A stretch of DNA of 64,000 bases from Candidatus Poribacteria bacterium (GTDB lineage Bacteria; Poribacteria; WGA-4E; WGA-3G), in assembly GCA_965237835.1 (NCBI GenBank), contig OZ250160.1, forward strand, positions 1,225,439 to 1,289,438, given 5' to 3'. Positions 59,189 to 64,000 of the stretch are shown piece by piece (within the stretch, counting starts at the first letter, position 1; each line of letters begins with the position of its first letter). The translations under genes were made by a program, and so were the position numbers. The notes beneath the pieces were generated by a model. That model saw nothing but the letters and a program-made list of their open reading frames with translations. It was not told the origin of the DNA and made no database searches.

Positions 59189-60273
59189 CAACCTTTAAAT
59201 CTCAAAACACCAACGCTACATTCAGCAAAAACACGTTTCATTATCTGAATATCTGCTTCTCCATCTCCACACTACTACTCTTTGTTACTCTCTACGCAAC
59301 CGCAGCGGATTACGACAAAGATCCAATCCGAACCCTATTACCCTTTGATGCAATCCCTGCTATTACGAAGCCGCAATTTGTACCTGCTATCAAAGCAAAA
59401 TTAGACGCAGATTCCCCTGTCATCGGTGTAACATTCAACGACGAAAGCCATGCGTATTCACTCTATCTGCTGAACGGACACGAGATCGTAAACGATGTAG
59501 TCGGCGGACAGAAAATCGCTACTACATGGTGACCACTCTGCAAAACGGCTATCGTGTATAGCCGGGAACTTGACGGTAAGACCTATACTTTCGGTGTCAG
59601 TGGAAAATTATGGCGAGATGCTTTGTTGATGTACGACCATCAAACACGTTCCCTGTGGTCGCATATAACTGGTGAAGCAATTCAGGGACCACTCAAAGGT
59701 AAGAAGTTGAAGCCACTCGCCTCCATGCCACAGATTGCATGGAAAACATGGATGGCAAATTACCCCAATACAAAAGTTCTATCTGTTTCATATAGAGGTA
59801 GAATGAGAGAAAGCATAGATCAAGATTCTTATGCAGGCTATCACTCCAGAAAAGACACAGGCGTGAGCGGAACGAAATACACTGATGATAGACTGCCCAA
59901 TAAATCTCTCGTGATTGGTGTTCAGGTTACTGATAATAATGGAATGATACACTATCGTGCCTATCCGCTCACACAATTTTCAGATACAGCAGTAACCAAT
60001 GACACGGTTAACGAAGTACCGTTATTAATCTTCCACGATAAAGATTCATTTGCAACGGCAGCTTTCAAGCGTAAAGTAGGTGATAGTACCCTAACCTTTA
60101 CACTGAAGGGTGACTATTTCGCGCAAGACAACTCCGGCACACAATGGAATCTAATTACAGGTGAAGCAACATCAGGTAAACACAAGGGCGCGCGTTTAGA
60201 AAGGTTACCTGCTGTCAATATCTACTGGTTCGCTTGGGCACGTTACTATCCTAAAACAACGATTTACCGTTAA
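59185..60273 (+). CDS. DUF3179 family protein with in-frame TGA (59530..59532) at the first Cys of the conserved C-P-L-C motif: candidate selenoprotein (or pseudogene)
   Basis: ORFs 59185..59532 and 59554..60273 share one frame and are separated only by TGA: ...GGQKIATTW-TGA-PLCKTAIVYSRELDGKTYTFGVSGKLWRDALLMYDHQTRSLW...; hairpin cggctat-cgtgt-atagccg at 59546-59564. Confidence 0.55.
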
Positions 60274-60280
60274 CTAACTT

Positions 60281-61042
60281 TCAATCGTCTAATTCAACAA
60301 CTTCGCCTGCCATATCACGATGCATTGTCGGACGGATAACCAATTCTGGTATGTTACTCCGTTGTGGTAAGGTTGCAATGAGAAGAATTGCCGATGAGGT
60401 TTCAGCGACGTCTACCATCGTAGTGCGCGCATCAGCATCTGGGGGGATCGGTCGTTTATCCAGAATAGGCGTTGCCACCTCGCCAGGGATTATGACACTT
60501 GCTCGGATACCTGTATTCCTTAAATCGTTATTAAGAAACTCGGTGAAGTTGATTACCCCCGCCTTTGCTGCCCCGTAAGCAAATCCACTAAAAGGACCAG
60601 GCGTAACCGCTGCAAGTGAGGAAATGTTGATAATCGTTCCCGATTTCGCTTTCAGCATTGCTGGCACAACTGCTTGCGTCCAGAAAAACGTCCCGATCAG
60701 ATTTGAATCAATGACCGAGCGTACCTCCTCAGGTGTTGTATTGAGAAGTCGCCGATTGTATGAACTGTGTCCAGCATTGTTCACCAACACATCAATTTGA
60801 CCAAATTTCTCAAGCACACTGCTAACTATGTGTTGAACAGCATCGCAGTCGGCGACATTAACTGCGTAACTTTCTGCTATTCCACCCGCTGCTTTTATTT
60901 CAGATGTAACAGTCTCTAACTTTGATGCTGTTCTGCCGACAATCACAACTGTCGCACCCTCTTGTGCCATTTTTCGGGCAGCATCGCCACCAATTCCGCT
61001 TCCGCCTCCTGTGATGATACACACGTGTTCCTTTAATTTCAT
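60281..61042 (-). CDS. SDR-family short-chain dehydrogenase/reductase
   Basis: TGGGSGIGG, NNAG, YGAAKAG catalytic motif. Confidence 0.85.
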   Translation of the reverse strand: MKLKEHVCIITGGGSGIGGDAARKMAQEGATVVIVGRTASKLETVTSEIKAAGGIAESYAVNVADCDAVQHIVSSVLEKFGQIDVLVNNAGHSSYNRRLLNTTPEEVRSVIDSNLIGTFFWTQAVVPAMLKAKSGTIINISSLAAVTPGPFSGFAYGAAKAGVINFTEFLNNDLRNTGIRASVIIPGEVATPILDKRPIPPDADARTTMVDVAETSSAILLIATLPQRSNIPELVIRPTMHRDMAGEVVELDD

Positions 61043-61632
61043 TCTTTACCTCCACTTGGTAAAATACGTTGGACAGCCGCCTTCACCTCTTTTGAAAACG
61101 ATTCCAGTTCATACTGTTCCTCCGAGATCTTTTCACGATGTTCATCAAACGGATATCCTCCCTTACCCGATTCATTGAAATAGGCACTGAGTTGGTACCT
61201 TTGAAAAATGTTCATGCGTGGATAATCTTCTGTCCACGGGCTTGCATCGTGAAGCAGATTCGTTGAGAAAATCGCGACATCCCCTGCTTGCATTGGAAGC
61301 GTAATTGAGGTCGGTGGATCGTGTTTTACAGGTAGATTCTCAGGTGTCTGAAATAGGGATTTATGGCTACCCGGAACAAGGCAAAATCCGGTTTCTGGCG
61401 GGACGTCTACTAATGCAACCCACGTGGCGATATGGTTACAATAGATATAACCTGCGGCAGCTTGATAATCGTTATGAGGATTACGAAACCCAGGTGGAAA
61501 TTTAAATCCGCTGTCATCACGATGAAAGTGTTGAGGAAAGTCATGCTTTGTCATCATAGTGAAATTGTAGTGAAAGAGGCGCGGCGCATTCATGGTTAAT
61601 CCAGCTACAACTCGCATAATATCGGGATTCAT
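61039..61632 (-). CDS. PhyH-family dioxygenase, apparently 5'-truncated or frameshifted
   Basis: 197 aa with HRDDSG (H-x-D) and LLHDASP; lacks ~70 N-terminal residues; upstream region shows PhyH-like N-terminal peptides in other frames. Confidence 0.5.
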   Translation of the reverse strand: MNPDIMRVVAGLTMNAPRLFHYNFTMMTKHDFPQHFHRDDSGFKFPPGFRNPHNDYQAAAGYIYCNHIATWVALVDVPPETGFCLVPGSHKSLFQTPENLPVKHDPPTSITLPMQAGDVAIFSTNLLHDASPWTEDYPRMNIFQRYQLSAYFNESGKGGYPFDEHREKISEEQYELESFSKEVKAAVQRILPSGGKE

Positions 61633-61745
61633 CGCAAGGTCTTGAAAAAGGGGATGCCCATATTGTACCTGCCATCAATAGGCGGTGCCGAAAGTGCTTT
61701 TTCAAGGGATGCTTGCTGTGGCGCATCAAGGAACGGACGCCCACC

Positions 61746-61876
61746 ATTGGCTTTTCGTTTGTCTTACAGTGCCTCTTCACCATCGGCGTTTTATAGTGCC
61801 TGCGAAGTTTCGAACGCAGTCAGCAGTGCAGCCAATGATGTCCGCAACTTCGCGCGGTGTTTTCGGATTTTCCGTG
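61746..61876 (-). pseudogene. IS630/Tc1-mariner-family transposase N-terminal HTH fragment
   Basis: Reverse-strand MRWHAIWLLADTENPKTPREVADIIGCTADCVRNFAGTIKRRW then stop resembles IS630 HTH region; no remaining transposase body. Confidence 0.4.
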
Positions 61877-62841
61877 TCAGCAAGGAGCCAAATCGCATGC
61901 CACCGCATCCGTTCCCGTAGGCATTCACATTCCAGATACCTTTGTTTAAGTGCTTCTATTGAAAATGAGGTGAAACTCCGTGTTTAGTGTTTTTCATGTG
62001 TTTAGAGTAGCAGATTAAAAAAAATAAAACAAGAATAATTCTGTTAATTTGGTATGATTTTATACAACATGTCATGTAATTCATTTTAAGACATATTATG
62101 AATATATATATAAAATAATTTGATTAAAATTAAGTTTAATGTTAAATTAAGTTTAATGTTAAATTAATGTCTATTCAATATGAGACTTCAAGTGTCGGAG
62201 TAGCGAACCAAAACCTTGTACACACATAGAATAGGTGTTGGTAAATACGTACAACATAGACAAACTGATATGTTCCGTTATGGAGTCCTTATTTATTAAT
62301 ATAAAGACAAATAAAAATTAGTTTGATATTAAATTAGTTTTAACTTATACTTAATTGTAAGTAGTAAGTCTACTTTCACGAGTTCGCGAGTATTTTTCCA
62401 CTGATTCCCCCTGTTTGAGGAGTTTATGAGGATTAAAAAATAAATTAAGTAATTCGGGCTTGACCCTCAACCTCGGTAGGTTCGGTTTCCTAACCGCACC
62501 GAACTCTACAAGGCAACTGGAAATTACCCGATTAAATTCTTAATCTTCATTTAGGAGGTCCGAAATAGGTAAAAACACCAGAGCCATTCAGTTTTCAAGT
62601 TTTCACTATATTTTAGAGAAGATCGCGATTCGGAGATCGCTCCTACAGAAGAGAGACTTGAGCATCAGATGAGAACTACCGGACAATTGAATGGCTCTGG
62701 TAAAAACACCCTCCTATCTATACCGAAACTCACCTTATTTCGGACACCGAAAATGTGTCCCTACGAAGTTAAGGTATTGAGATGGTAGCAAGAAAAAGAG
62801 GCGTGAGCGTCCTGTAAGAAAAGTATGAAGGAGAATTAATA

Positions 62842-64000
62842 ATGAAAATATCTATGCAAATAATATATTTTTTTGCAAGTTTAGTTTTAGTACTCTTTGT
62901 CCCTTGTTTTGCTTTTGTGCCAACCACGGTAGCGGATCCAGGTGGTCCGGAAGGTGGTTTTACCTATTATTTAGCAGCGTGGGATGGTAGTTCTACCTAC
63001 TCCGATGGTAAATTCTTTCTTACGAACGATTTACGCGGGTCAACATTGGTTGATTTAGAAAATGATGCTAATGGTTATCTTCCGATAATTTTTGATTTTG
63101 GTGTGCCTATATATGGCAACCCCGATGGCACTGGATTTCCTGTGATATCAGACATTACGTTGGTTGATGTTCAAAAAAGTAGTGATTCAAGTTCTATACT
63201 GGATCATGGTGTCGTCATTGAAAGAGTGAGTCCGCTTCATGAACCTGAAAAGTTCCTTGTAGACATTAGAGTGCCTAATAGTCTTTTTGACGATTTGCCA
63301 ATAACGGTTATATTAGAGGTGCCAGAGAACACAATATATAACGAAGATGGTGTGGGGAATGTTGCCTATGGACCAATAGAGTTAAATATCTTTGGGAGAT
63401 TTTCATTTAGCGTAAAAGATGTATCATATTATTTAGCAGCGTGGGATGGTAGTCCTACCTACTCCGATGGAAAATTCTTACTTGGGAACGATTTGCGAGT
63501 ATCAACATTGGTTGATTTAGAAAATGATGCTAATGGTTACCTTCCGATAATTTTTGATTTTGGTGTGCCTATATATGGCAATCCTGATGGCACTGGATTT
63601 CCTGTGATATCAGACATTACGTTGGTTGATGTTCAAAAAAGTAGTGATTCAAGTTCTATACCGGGTCATGGTGTCGTCATTGAAAGAGTGAGTCCGCTTC
63701 CTGAACCTGAAAAGCTTCTTGTAGACATTAGAGTGCCTAATAGTCTTTTTGACGATTTGCCAATAACGGTTATATTAGAGGTGCCAGAGAACACAATATA
63801 TAACGAAGATGGTGTGGGGAATGTTGCCTATGGACCAATAGAGTTAAATATCTTTGGGAGATTTTCATTTAGCGTAAAAGATGTATCATATTATTTAGCA
63901 GCGTGGGATGGTAGTCCTACCTACTCCGATGGAAAATTCTTGCTTGGGAACGATTTGCGAGTATCAACATTGGTTGATTTAGAAAATGATGCTAATGGTT
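62842..64000 (+). CDS. secreted repetitive protein, 3' end beyond window; contains 462-bp near-identical tandem repeats
   Basis: ATG at 62842, RBS aaggag; signal peptide MKISMQIIYFFASLVLVLFVPCFAFVPTTVADP; repeat unit starts at 62968, 63430, 63892 (YYLAAWDGS.TYSDGKF...); not in ORF track because no stop in window. Confidence 0.75.
   Translation, partial: MKISMQIIYFFASLVLVLFVPCFAFVPTTVADPGGPEGGFTYYLAAWDGSSTYSDGKFFLTNDLRGSTLVDLENDANGYLPIIFDFGVPIYGNPDGTGFPVISDITLVDVQKSSDSSSILDHGVVIERVSPLHEPEKFLVDIRVPNSLFDDLPITVILEVPENTIYNEDGVGNVAYGPIELNIFGRFSFSVKDVSYYLAAWDGSPTYSDGKFLLGNDLRVSTLVDLENDANGYLPIIFDFGVPIYGNPDGTGFPVISDITLVDVQKSSDSSSIPGHGVVIERVSPLPEPEKLLVDIRVPNSLFDDLPITVILEVPENTIYNEDGVGNVAYGPIELNIFGRFSFSVKDVSYYLAAWDGSPTYSDGKFLLGNDLRVSTLVDLENDANG

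Noticed and set aside
59530-59532. Genome-wide TGA reassignment (code 4/25) as explanation for the in-frame TGA in DUF3179
   Set aside because: TGA terminates about 7 other well-supported genes here (e.g. at 957, 27563, 38839, 52588, 59186, 60281, 61039) with sensible C-termini, so the code is standard; any read-through must be local.
62030-62800. Possible origin-like or prophage attachment region (AT-rich, tandem taagtttaatgttaaat x2, inverted repeats around 62568-62710)
   Set aside because: No DnaA-box consensus clusters or integrase nearby. Contains fragments of repeat families A and C, so is likely another MITE graveyard or promoter region for the downstream secreted repeat protein.

Overview
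This 64-kb window is a gene-dense bacterial chromosomal segment read with the standard genetic code. TAA and TAG stops predominate, and TGA is a genuine stop in about 7 genes. Gene content points to a Gram-negative, non-actinobacterial lineage, but the organism cannot be named from sequence alone. The housekeeping core comprises: thyA-dut plus a gluconolactonase, one tRNA-Arg(CCG), a MoxR/DUF58/BatA-type aerotolerance cluster, a complete Pup-proteasome locus (arc, dop, pup, prcB, prcA, pafA), recA-thpR-pgsA-lolA-like, hisZ-hisG-hisS, cysteine desulfurase, CCA enzyme, GT9 heptosyltransferase, a CPBP protease and a DedA-like protein. Several short palindromic repeat families (MITE-like, A, B, C, G, H and IS605-derived) occupy most intergenic spacers. 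Many share the same terminal motif ATACCAAATTAAC. They are nested in one another. They interrupt at least four genes: a COG1373 ATPase, an AAA-ATPase-like/PD-(D/E)XK gene, a T5orf172 gene and a PhyH gene. One intact IS605-family tnpB, one internally deleted tnpB wedged between arc and dop, three tnpB-less IS605 derivatives, and IS607-like and IS630-like remnants are present. The most notable single observation is a DUF3179 gene (59185..60273) whose frame is interrupted only by a TGA at the first Cys of its conserved C-P-L-C motif. A perfect 7-bp hairpin follows 13 nt downstream, making it a candidate new selenoprotein with a U-x-x-C motif. A second notable region is an accessory island (39.9-45.8 kb) with three PhyH-type dioxygenases, two secreted LamG paralogs with shared upstream iterons, and an MNT-HEPN fusion. 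A partial gene for a secreted protein with 462-bp near-perfect tandem repeats runs off the window end. No rRNA and no CRISPR array were found.
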